From assembly GCA_031441465.1 (NCBI GenBank), contig JANOEP010000073.1, positions 1 through 37,543 of the forward strand: DNA of 37,543 bases, written 5' to 3'. The position numbers and the translations under genes were made by a program. Positions 1 through 7,990 of the stretch are shown here, piece after piece (position 1 is the first letter of the stretch; the number at the start of each line of letters is the position of its first letter). The stretch is from a bacterium (GTDB lineage Bacteria; Krumholzibacteriota; Krumholzibacteriia; LZORAL124-64-63). Below the pieces are notes generated by a model. That model had not been told where the DNA came from. It did no database searches and worked only from the letters and a program-made list of their open reading frames with translations.

Positions 1-225
1 TCCATCCTTCAGTATGAAAATAATTTAGGCTTCTTTGCCAAGTCTGGGAAGGCTGATTTTCTGAAAAAAGAAGTGGAGAAGAATGTAATTAATGCTAAAG
101 AAGAAATAAAAATCTGGACGGACAAGTTGAAAATCTTAAAATCCGCTATGAAAGATTTTCCGGAAAATGCACCAAAACCAGAACGGGGATTTGAGAAAAA
201 GGACTTCAAAAAGCACAGGCGATGA
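1..225 (+). CDS. 3' end of a DUF349-like protein (Bacteroidota-type), partial
   Basis: Frame 1 is open from base 1: SILQYENNLGFFAKSGKADFLKKEVEKNVINAKEEIKIWTDKLKILK...KHRR* (TGA 223-225). The ENNLGFF motif followed by coiled coil resembles DUF349 protein C-termini (recalled, not searched). AT-rich codon usage. Confidence 0.55.
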   Translation, partial: SILQYENNLGFFAKSGKADFLKKEVEKNVINAKEEIKIWTDKLKILKSAMKDFPENAPKPERGFEKKDFKKHRR

Positions 226-387
226 AGTACGATGATGTAGAGGAAACGGCAATCCTGAACCCGGAAAAAACGGTTGAGATTTATAAGATTTTGTTGGAAA
301 ATGCTTTCGATGGAGTGGCTATACTGGATGAAAATGCCATTATCAAATATCAAAGCCCGGCTGTTGAAAAAATAACTGGCTATTCAG
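222..387 (+). CDS. N-terminal fragment of a PAS-domain sensor protein, truncated at a compositional junction
   Basis: ATGA overlap with the upstream stop. YKILLENAFDGVAILDENAIIKYQSPAVEKITGYS is a typical PAS start. Base composition switches abruptly to high GC at ~386-390. Confidence 0.65.
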
Positions 388-1256
388 CCGGTGCCGCGTC
401 GGCGGACCTGCCGACCGATGAATGCAGCTTATATCCCGACCACTTCGGCAGCCTGGATGCGTTGCTGGCGTCCGTCACTCAGGACGGGGCAACCTGCAAC
501 TGGATGACGTATTTGGGCGGTGTCACCTTCGACACGGGCCAGGGACTGGCCCTGGTGTCGTCCGGCGTACTCGTGATCGGTTCGGTGTGGAACAGTGAGG
601 GGTATTCCACCCTTCCCGTGACCCCCGGCGCCTTCGACGTCACCCTCGATGGGACCAGCGATGCCTACGTCGTGGAGCTTATAGACCCAGTCATCGTCGG
701 CCTGGCCGTCGCCGAGGAGTCGATCGCCCAGGAAGGCGACGACGTCATCCTGAGATGGCGCCTGAACGCCGATGTCGAGCCGGGCGCCATGACGGCCAAG
801 GTGGATGTCGGCGGTGCGACGCGAGAGATCGAGATCCGACGGGATGGCGACGCGCACGCGGCCACCGATCCCGACGTGTGCCGGGACGGCGCCCGGGACC
901 GGACCTACACGATATGGATGAGTGACGGCGCCCGCGGGCGGTACCCCCTCGTGTAGCACGCGTTCACGTCGCTCTGCAGCGCGCCAGCGTGGAGCCTGCG
1001 TGCAACCGTCGCCGCCGGCGGCGGGGTCGACTTCCTCCTGCGGGCCGGACAACCTACGACCGTCGTGGTCGAAGTCTTCGACCTGGCGGGCCGACGCGTG
1101 ATCGCGCTGCCGGCGGCGCAGGTGGCGATGGGGGAGACGAGCCTCGGCTGGGACGGCAGCGACGACCGGGGACGGGCGGCGCCGGGCGGCAAATACGTGG
1201 CGCGGTGTGTCACGGACACGCGCACGATGTCGGCGTCGTTCGTGCTGCTCAGATGA
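388..1256 (+). pseudogene. C-terminal part of a secreted SBBP-repeat (beta-propeller) protein with FlgD-Ig C-terminal domain, interrupted by an in-frame TAG at 954-956
   Basis: SBBP-like motifs TYLGGVTFDTGQGLAL and LPVTPGAFDVTLDGTSDAYV. ORFs 222..956 and 1065..1256 share a frame and codons 957-1064 are open. C-terminus reads VFDLAGRRV...WDGSDDRG...YVAR...FVLLR. 5' end missing. Confidence 0.6.
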
Positions 1257-1290
1257 GAAAGAAAATCGCCCGCGGCCGTCTGCGGGCGAT
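1257..1290 (-). terminator. Rho-independent terminator of the XRE/membrane protein operon
   Basis: Minus strand ATCGCCCGC...GCGGGCGAT stem followed by TTTCTTTCT, just past the stop at 1309. Confidence 0.6.
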
Positions 1291-1308
1291 CCTCAGGCCG
1301 AGCGCGAT

Positions 1309-2025
1309 TCAGACCGCCGCGCCGGACTCCCCGTCCTTCCGCACGCCCAGCAACGCCAGCCCGCTCGCCAGCAACGGCCCCACGAGCAGCACCGCGGTGC
1401 AGGTCTGGGTGATGATGCCGCCGCGATCGTTCGCCCAGAACCTGAAGAAGACGTACATCGACACTCCCGCCGCGATCAACAGCACGCCGGCGATGCGCGG
1501 CCAGCGTTGCGAGAGCCAGGCCAGCAGGAAGAAGGGCACCGCCGGCAGGCAGCTCATCAGCAACCCGAGGGGATGCTGCCAGCTGTCGGCCGCGCAGAAG
1601 AGCAGCCAGCAGATGCCGAAACCCAGCAGCAGGCGCAGCGTGGCCTTGCGCGCCCCCCAGAACGCCAGCAGCGAACTCAGCAGCCAGGTGAACCACAGCA
1701 GGGCCAAAAACAGCGTGGCCAGCTCCTCGGGGTTCTTCAGGTGACGCTCGCCCGAACGCGTGAAACCCGCGATGACGAAGCCGGCCAGGGCCGTGACCAG
1801 GAAGGCGTGGTATCCGGCGCGCTGGGCGGCGCGCTGCGCGAACTCGTCCTTGTCCTTGAGCCAGCCGATCTCCCGCAGGATGCCCGGCCCGACGGCGCCG
1901 AGTCCGGACAGGGCGATGAACCACCAGCTCACCTCGGTGAGCATGAAGCCGCCGATGACGACGCCGGTTCCGATCAGGGTCGCGGGTGTCGGATGCCAGC
2001 CGATCCGGTCAGATAATCTCGTCAT
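1309..2025 (-). CDS. Multi-pass membrane protein, DUF2178-like partner of the XRE regulator
   Basis: About 7-8 hydrophobic segments and a KDEFAQRAAQRAGYHAF motif. Overlaps the XRE gene end. Confidence 0.75.
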   Translation of the reverse strand: MTRLSDRIGWHPTPATLIGTGVVIGGFMLTEVSWWFIALSGLGAVGPGILREIGWLKDKDEFAQRAAQRAGYHAFLVTALAGFVIAGFTRSGERHLKNPEELATLFLALLWFTWLLSSLLAFWGARKATLRLLLGFGICWLLFCAADSWQHPLGLLMSCLPAVPFFLLAWLSQRWPRIAGVLLIAAGVSMYVFFRFWANDRGGIITQTCTAVLLVGPLLASGLALLGVRKDGESGAAV

Positions 2026-2254
2026 CGCGGGCCTCCCGTGGTGCTTCGTCTTCGAGCGCGAACACGTCCTCGACGCGCACGCCGAACGTGCGCGCGATCC
2101 GCAGAGACAGGCCGACCGAGGGGTTGTACTTGCCCTTCTCGATCGCGATGATCGTCTGGCGGCTCACGCCGACGCGAGCGGCCAGGTCTTCCTGGGTCAT
2201 CTCGCCGTTCAGAAAACGGAGACGGCGGACTTCGGTGCGGATGTCATCCTTCAT
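2009..2254 (-). CDS. XRE/HTH_3 family transcriptional regulator
   Basis: MTQEDLAARVGVSRQTIIAIEKGKYNPSVGLSLRIARTFGVRVEDVF. ATG at 2254 gives 81 aa. Confidence 0.92.
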   Translation of the reverse strand: MKDDIRTEVRRLRFLNGEMTQEDLAARVGVSRQTIIAIEKGKYNPSVGLSLRIARTFGVRVEDVFALEDEAPREARDDEII

Positions 2255-2261
2255 GGCACCG

Positions 2262-2323
2262 ATGATTAGGCGCCCCGTAAGACATGTCAAGTATTATTTA
2301 CATATTGTAAATAATCATCAACA
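2262..2323 (-). promoter_or_regulatory. Sigma70 promoter and overlapping tandem operator of the XRE gene
   Basis: Minus strand TTGACA (2290-2285), 17 nt, AATCAT (2267-2262), 7 nt, ATG. Two pseudo-palindromes TGTCAA-N6-TTTACA (2285-2302) and TGTAAA-N6-TCAACA (2306-2323). Perfect inverted repeat ATTATTTACA-TAT-TGTAAATAAT (2293-2315). Confidence 0.7.
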
Positions 2324-2573
2324 TTCAGGGCTTCTTTTCGATGGAGTCGCCAACAGTATGATGTACATGAATGGTCTCAACCGTACCTCACGGTACATTT
2401 TGAATACGACCGATGACGCGGACGCCTTCGGATGAGTCGCTGCAACTCGTTGAAAACAATTGCGTTGGATGGGGTTCCCCGACGGGTGGGTCCGCCCGGC
2501 AGTCATGGGCAGGCTCCTTGCATGGCTAGCCCGAAACGCGCTCCGCTCAACCCGCACCGGAAGGACCGTCATA

Positions 2574-3425
2574 ATGACCCGCCGCACCCCCACCGCCTGG
2601 ATCACCCTGCTCGCCCTGTCCTTGATGCTGGCCGGCTGCGGCGACGACCCCGTCACTCCCGCCGACACCTACGCGACCGCCGACGCCGACGCTGCGGGCA
2701 TCGTCGCGGCCGACATCGCGAACGACAACGGCGGCATGACCGACCAGATCGCCGACCTGTCCGCGGCCGTGGGCGGGCTGGACGCCGACAAGGCACTCCC
2801 GGGTCCCCGCTTCCACGACGCCGTCTACGACGAGTTGACCGGCACTTGGACGCTCACGGTCGAGCGCGAGCGCGGCGATTCCGAGGGCACGCCCTACGCG
2901 GCCATCACGCGGGTGTACACGCTGCGCTTCCTGGACGCCGTGGGCCAGCCCCAGCAGTTCCGCGTCGTGGGGGGGGACACCGCGCGCACGGTCGAGTTCA
3001 ACATCGTCTCGGGTACCGGCACCCACCGCACGCGGCACTTCGAGCAGAACCTGGACGCGCTGTCGGCCGCCTTCGTGGTCACCGGCGTGAACACGGACCT
3101 GCTGACGGTCAACGGCGCCTACAGCCGCGACGCTTCGAACCGGTTCGAGACCCCGCGATTCGTGCGCACCCTGGCCGGCGAGTTCGACGCCCAGCTGATC
3201 GACGTGACCGTCCCGCGCGGCGCCGGCCACGACTTCAGCCAGGCCGTGTCGGGCACCATGACCGGCACCTACGTCGCCGACATCACCGTCGAGCGCGGCG
3301 AGGACTACAGCGAACGCCACATCGAACGCTCGTTCACGATCACCTTCGGCGAGGGCGAAGCGTCGATCAACCTGAACGGGCATCACTACGGCGCCCACAT
3401 GAACACGGGCGAACTCAACGACTGA
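2574..3425 (+). CDS. Hypothetical lipoprotein
   Basis: AAGGA RBS. MTRRTPTAWITLLALSLMLAG-C has a LAGC lipobox. Mature part is beta-rich. Confidence 0.8.
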   Translation: MTRRTPTAWITLLALSLMLAGCGDDPVTPADTYATADADAAGIVAADIANDNGGMTDQIADLSAAVGGLDADKALPGPRFHDAVYDELTGTWTLTVERERGDSEGTPYAAITRVYTLRFLDAVGQPQQFRVVGGDTARTVEFNIVSGTGTHRTRHFEQNLDALSAAFVVTGVNTDLLTVNGAYSRDASNRFETPRFVRTLAGEFDAQLIDVTVPRGAGHDFSQAVSGTMTGTYVADITVERGEDYSERHIERSFTITFGEGEASINLNGHHYGAHMNTGELND

Positions 3426-3451
3426 TCGAGTCCGAATTCTCGCCCGTAGCC

Positions 3452-3482
3452 GAGGCCGGCGGATCGCGAATCCGCCGGCCTC
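3452..3482 (+). terminator. Strong hairpin after the lipoprotein gene (terminator or stabiliser)
   Basis: GAGGCCGGCGGAT-CGCGA-ATCCGCCGGCCTC, a perfect 13-bp stem, but no U-tract. Confidence 0.45.
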
Positions 3483-3538
3483 AACTCATGCCGGTTGTGG
3501 TAGACTCGATGTTGCTCGCACACGCAGGGGAGGCCGGG

Positions 3539-5752
3539 TTGCGCTCATTTCATTCGTCGCTCTGTGCCGTGGTCGCGGCCTGTTTCGTCGCGCCGCTCGC
3601 CGCCGCCGCGCCCCCGCCGATCCCCCTGCAGACCGCCTTCGAGTCGGCGCCCTCCCTGAACGGCTACGACCGCTACCTCGAACTCGAGACCGGCCGCGTC
3701 TACACCGGCGGCCTGATGGTCGGCACGACCTGGGATGAGGACCGCACGCGGTTCCAGGAGGCCGAACTGGGCCTCGACGTGATGATCGCGGGCAACGGCG
3801 CGATCCTCGACCTCGAGGGCGAGCAGATCTGCATCGCGTTCTGCACGAACCGCCTGGACATCCAGGACTGCATCGTCCTGAACGGCGGCGTGCGCTTCGT
3901 CGGCGACAACAGCGTCGACGTGCGCCGCGTCCCGGAGGGATCGGTGCGCTACTGCACGTTCTACCGGCCCGAGGAGTACGCGGTGCGCCTGATGGGCGCC
4001 GGCGCCGGCGTGCTGTGCGAGCGCAACCTCGTGGTCGATCCCGTCGACGTCGGCCAGGACGTGATGATCTGGACCGGCATCACCGGCAACAACCTGCCGA
4101 CGGGGCTGGCCTTCGGCCTGTCCATCCAGACGGGTGCCTTCGGTCTGCCCGACGTCCGCGACAACTGGACGTACCACACCGACCCCCGGGCGAACGAGGA
4201 CCCGCTGCGCCACTTCGGCTTCCTCTGAGAATACAGCTGAGCGACTCCCACCCCGTGGGACGATGCCGGTTCGGCACCGCACAACAACATCCTCGGACTC
4301 GACCCGGGACTTCGCGATCCCGAGCGCGGCGATTTCCACCCGCAGAACGCGCCCCTGTACGGCTCGCGCATCGTGCCGGCGGCGGCCGAAGTCCGCGACG
4401 TGCGCCCCGTTACTGCGGCGATCACGCCGGCTCCGGCGCGCCCCATGTCGGAGACCGTCGCCGGCGACATCACCGAAGACACGCTGTGGGACGCGGCCTC
4501 GATCCTCGTCACCTCGAACGTGACGATCCGCGACGGCGCCGTCCTGAGCGTCGCCCCCGGCGTGACGGTCCGCTTCGCCGGCTACTTCGGCCTGCTCGTA
4601 CGCGACGGCGCCCTGCAGGCGCACGGCACGCCCCAGCTTCCGGTCGTCTGGACCACCGCCGATCCCGGCGCCTTCGACGCGGGCCAGGACACCGCCGGCT
4701 GCTGGAACGGGATCACCTTCCTGAACGTCCCGGCCGCGAACCCGGCCTCGTTCCTGCGCGGCTGCGTCCTGGAGTACGCCAAGGCGGTGCCCGGCCTCGG
4801 TCTCGACAACGGCGCGCCGCGCGTGGGCGGGCAGTGCTTCGACGGTGCCGGCGGCGCGCTGCGCGTCGTGGGTTCCTCCCGGCTCGAAGTCTCCGGCTGC
4901 GTCCTGCGCCACAACTGCGCCGACCGCGGCGGCGCGCTGGCCGTGCACTACGGCGCCGCGCCGCTGGTCGTCAACACGCTGATGCACGACAACGTTGCGT
5001 GGAGCCGCGCCGGGGCCGTCTTCGCCGGCTACTGCTTCCCCCGTTTCGTGCACGACACCGTGATCGACAACCGCGTCATCAACCCGGAGATCTTCGACCG
5101 CACGGCCGGCGGCATCGACCACTTCCACAGCCGGCCCCGTTACATCGGCTGCGTGATCTACGGCAACGAGACCAACCACCACGACCAGTACCAGATCCTC
5201 GAACCGCGGGCCTTCCACGTCAGGTACTGCGACGTCCAGGATTACGGCGAGGGGCTCGGCGGGATGGACCTGGACCCGCTGTTCCGCCCGGCGGTCCACG
5301 GACCCGGCGACCTGGGCGTGGGCTCGCCCTGCCGCGACGCGGGGGATTTCGCCGCGGCGTCGTCCTGGTTGCCTGAGTTCGATCTCGCCGGGCGGTCCCG
5401 CCTGCTGGGGGCGCAGGTGGACCTGGGCTGCTACGAGTTCATGGCGGCCACGGCGGTCGACGAGCCCGCGCTAGGACAGGCGGCGACCCTGGTCGCCCTG
5501 CCCAATCCGGCCAACCCCTCCACGACGGTGCAGTGGCGGCTCGCCCATTCCGGGCGCGTCCGTCTGGCCATCCACGATCTCGCCGGCCGGCTCGTGCGGG
5601 TCCTGCTGGATGGGGAGCTGGACGCCGGAGCGCATGCGGCGCGCTGGGACGGATCCGACGCCGGCGGTCGCCGGGTCGCCGCCGGCTCCTACGTGGCCAC
5701 AATCACGGACACGAGCGGGATGAACTCAGTGAAAATTCTATTGGTGCCTTGA
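3539..5752 (+). CDS. Candidate secreted selenoprotein (737 aa, U230-E-Y-S-U234): parallel beta-helix/pectin-lyase-like domains plus FlgD-Ig C-terminal domain
   Basis: GGGAGG RBS, TTG start and signal peptide. A single frame is interrupted only by TGA 4226-4228 and TGA 4238-4240. The 44 codons after them encode NNILGLDPGLRDPERGDFHP and run into ORF 4373..5752, which lacks its own signal peptide. C-terminus PNPANP...WDGSDAGG...KILLVP. Confidence 0.7.
4246..4279 (+). promoter_or_regulatory. Putative bacterial SECIS hairpin(s) 3' of the two UGA codons
   Basis: TCCCAC-CCC-GTGGGA (4246-4260) and CGATGCCG-GTT-CGGCACCG (4261-4279). The second loop starts with G and lies 28 nt after the second UGA. 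Confidence 0.5.
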
Positions 5753-6031
5753 GCGCCTACGCGCGCAGGAGAGGTCGCACGACGACGCCCGCGAGCTGGA
5801 GCGACATCAAGCGGATGTATCATCAGCCCCGCACCGGAACGAACGACTGCGAAACTGGGGTGGCATCATGAAACGCTGGATCCCGATCTCCATGGCCGTC
5901 GCGCTCGCGCTGGCGCTCGCCCCGGCGACGTGACGATCGGTCCGTCAACCCGCACCGTGGCGCCCGGACCGGATCGTTCCGACATTCTGGGGCGAGGATC
6001 CGCAGGTTCATCCTGATCCCCGGAGGACGTC

Positions 6032-6820
6032 ATGAGGCTCAAGCCGCTGTTGACCGTGGCGCTGCTCGTCGTGAGCGCGCCGATCGTCGAGGCCGAGGTC
6101 GTGAACAAGGTCGTGACCTACGAGCACGACGGCGTCGCGCTGGAAGGCTATCTGGCTTGGGACGACGCGCTAGCGGGGCCCCGACCCGGCGTCCTGGTCG
6201 TGCACCAGTGGTTGGGCCTGGGCGACAACGAGCGTCGACGGGCCGACCTGCTGGCGGAACTGGGTTATGTCGCCCTGGCGGCCGACGTCTACGGCCGGGG
6301 CGTGCGACCCCGGGACACCGCCGAGGCCCGCGAGCAGGCGGGCAAGTACTACGGGGACCGCCCTCTGTTCCGGGGCCGCCTGGCCGCCGGCCTGGCCGAA
6401 CTGAAGCGGCAGCCCCTGGTCGACGCCGCGCGCACGGCGGCCGTCGGCTACTGCTTTGGCGGCGGCGGTGTGCTGGAGTTGGCCCGTTCGGGCGCCGATC
6501 TTGCGGGTGTGGTCAGCTTCCACGGGAGCCTCGACACGACCCTGCCGGCCGCCGCCGGCGGCGTGCGCGCCAAGGTGCTGGTCTGCCACGGCGCGGTCGA
6601 CCCCTACGTCAAGCCGGAGGCGGTGCAGGGGTTCCTCGCGGAGATGGAAGCCGCGGGCGTCGATTACCAGCTCGTCATGTATGCGGGCGCCGTCCACGCC
6701 TTCACCCAGCGGGACGCCGGCGACGATCCCAGCCGCGGCGCCGCCTACGACGCCGAGGCCGACCGCCGTTCCTGGCGGGCGATGCGGGTCTTCTTCGAGG
6801 AGATCTTCGCCCGGAAATGA
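6032..6820 (+). CDS. Dienelactone hydrolase family protein (secreted)
   Basis: GYCFGG nucleophile motif, VSFHGSL, HGAVDP, HAFT, AYDAEADRRSW. GGAGG RBS and signal peptide. Confidence 0.93.
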   Translation: MRLKPLLTVALLVVSAPIVEAEVVNKVVTYEHDGVALEGYLAWDDALAGPRPGVLVVHQWLGLGDNERRRADLLAELGYVALAADVYGRGVRPRDTAEAREQAGKYYGDRPLFRGRLAAGLAELKRQPLVDAARTAAVGYCFGGGGVLELARSGADLAGVVSFHGSLDTTLPAAAGGVRAKVLVCHGAVDPYVKPEAVQGFLAEMEAAGVDYQLVMYAGAVHAFTQRDAGDDPSRGAAYDAEADRRSWRAMRVFFEEIFARK

Positions 6821-6943
6821 GTCGCCCCTTCCCGTCCGGTGACAAACGGACGTTTCCCGTGGGCCGGGTAGGACTTATCTTGGGCGCCGGCTCACCGCCG
6901 GCGCTGTTGCCGGGGGAGCGGTCCACGTCGTGGCGAGGTGTTT

Positions 6944-7897
6944 GTGGAAGTGACGTCCGTGGGAACCCCGGCGCTCTGGTTCGGCTTCATCGGGGCCGTG
7001 CTGGTGATGCTGGCGTTGGACCTCGGCGTGTTCAACCGCCGGGCCCACGTGATCCGCATCCGCGAGGCGCTGGTCTGGTCGGTCGTCTGGACCGTCGTCG
7101 CGCTGCTGTTCAACGCCTGGATCTGGCACCGCTTCGGCTCGGTCCGCGGGCTGGAGTTCATGACCGGCTACCTGCTCGAAAGAGCGCTCTCGGTCGACAA
7201 CCTGTTCGTCTTCATCGTGCTGTTCTCGTTCTTCGCCGTGCCGGCGAATCTCCATCACCGCGTCCTGTACTGGGGCATCCTCGGCGCCCTGATCATGCGG
7301 GCCCTGTTCATCGTGGCCGGCGCCGCGCTGATCCACCAGTTCCATTGGATCATCTACGTATTCGGCGTGTTCCTGGTCTACACCGGCATCAAGCTGCTGC
7401 TGCACCGCGAGGGCGAGGTCCACCCCGAACGCAACCCCGTGTTCAAAGCCTTCCGCCGCGTGGTCCCGCTCACGTCCGACTACCGAGGCACCAGCTTCAT
7501 CGTCAAGGAAGGCGGCCGGTGGCTGGCCACGCCGCTGCTCATGGTGCTGGTCGTGATCGAGGCGACGGACGTCGTGTTCGCCGTCGATTCGATCCCCGCC
7601 ATCTTCGCGATCACCACCGACCCCTTCATCGTCTTCACGTCCAACATCTTCGCCATCCTCGGCCTGCGGGCGCTGTATTTCGTGCTCGCCGGGATGATGG
7701 ACCGCTTCCGCTACCTGAAGATCGGCCTCGGCCTCGTGCTCGCGTTCGTCGGGGTCAAGATGCTGCTGGCGGACGCGGTGAAACTGCCCGTCGCCGTCTC
7801 CCTGGGCGTCATCGCCCTGCTGCTCGGCGGATCGATCGCCGCCTCGCTGCTGATCCCGGCCTCCGAGACGCGCGAAGGGCCGCCCCCGGCGCCTTGA
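6944..7897 (+). CDS. TerC/Alx family membrane protein
   Basis: GYLLERALSVDNLFVF, TDVVFAVDSIPAIFAITTDPFIVFTSNIFAILGLRALYF. Start is GTG 6944 (GAGGT RBS) or 6938. Confidence 0.93.
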   Translation: MEVTSVGTPALWFGFIGAVLVMLALDLGVFNRRAHVIRIREALVWSVVWTVVALLFNAWIWHRFGSVRGLEFMTGYLLERALSVDNLFVFIVLFSFFAVPANLHHRVLYWGILGALIMRALFIVAGAALIHQFHWIIYVFGVFLVYTGIKLLLHREGEVHPERNPVFKAFRRVVPLTSDYRGTSFIVKEGGRWLATPLLMVLVVIEATDVVFAVDSIPAIFAITTDPFIVFTSNIFAILGLRALYFVLAGMMDRFRYLKIGLGLVLAFVGVKMLLADAVKLPVAVSLGVIALLLGGSIAASLLIPASETREGPPPAP

Positions 7898-7990
7898 CCG
7901 CGTTATTCGTAAATAAATCCACCCATATGTGATATCATCACCGACCAGTGGAGACAACGCCGCCCGGGAGCGGCGAGGGGGAGGTTTGCC

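Noticed and set aside
222..956. 244-aa ORF as a single real protein
   Set aside because: It joins an AT-rich PAS start to a GC-rich propeller fragment across the junction and stops at an internal TAG.
4226..4240. Genome-wide UGA reassignment (code 4/25)
   Set aside because: Conserved genes such as typA, sulP, kbl and terC end correctly at TGA, some with TGATG/GTGA coupling.
6821..6943. yybP-ykoY Mn riboswitch upstream of terC
   Set aside because: Expected by context, but I could not find the conserved motif elements by eye.
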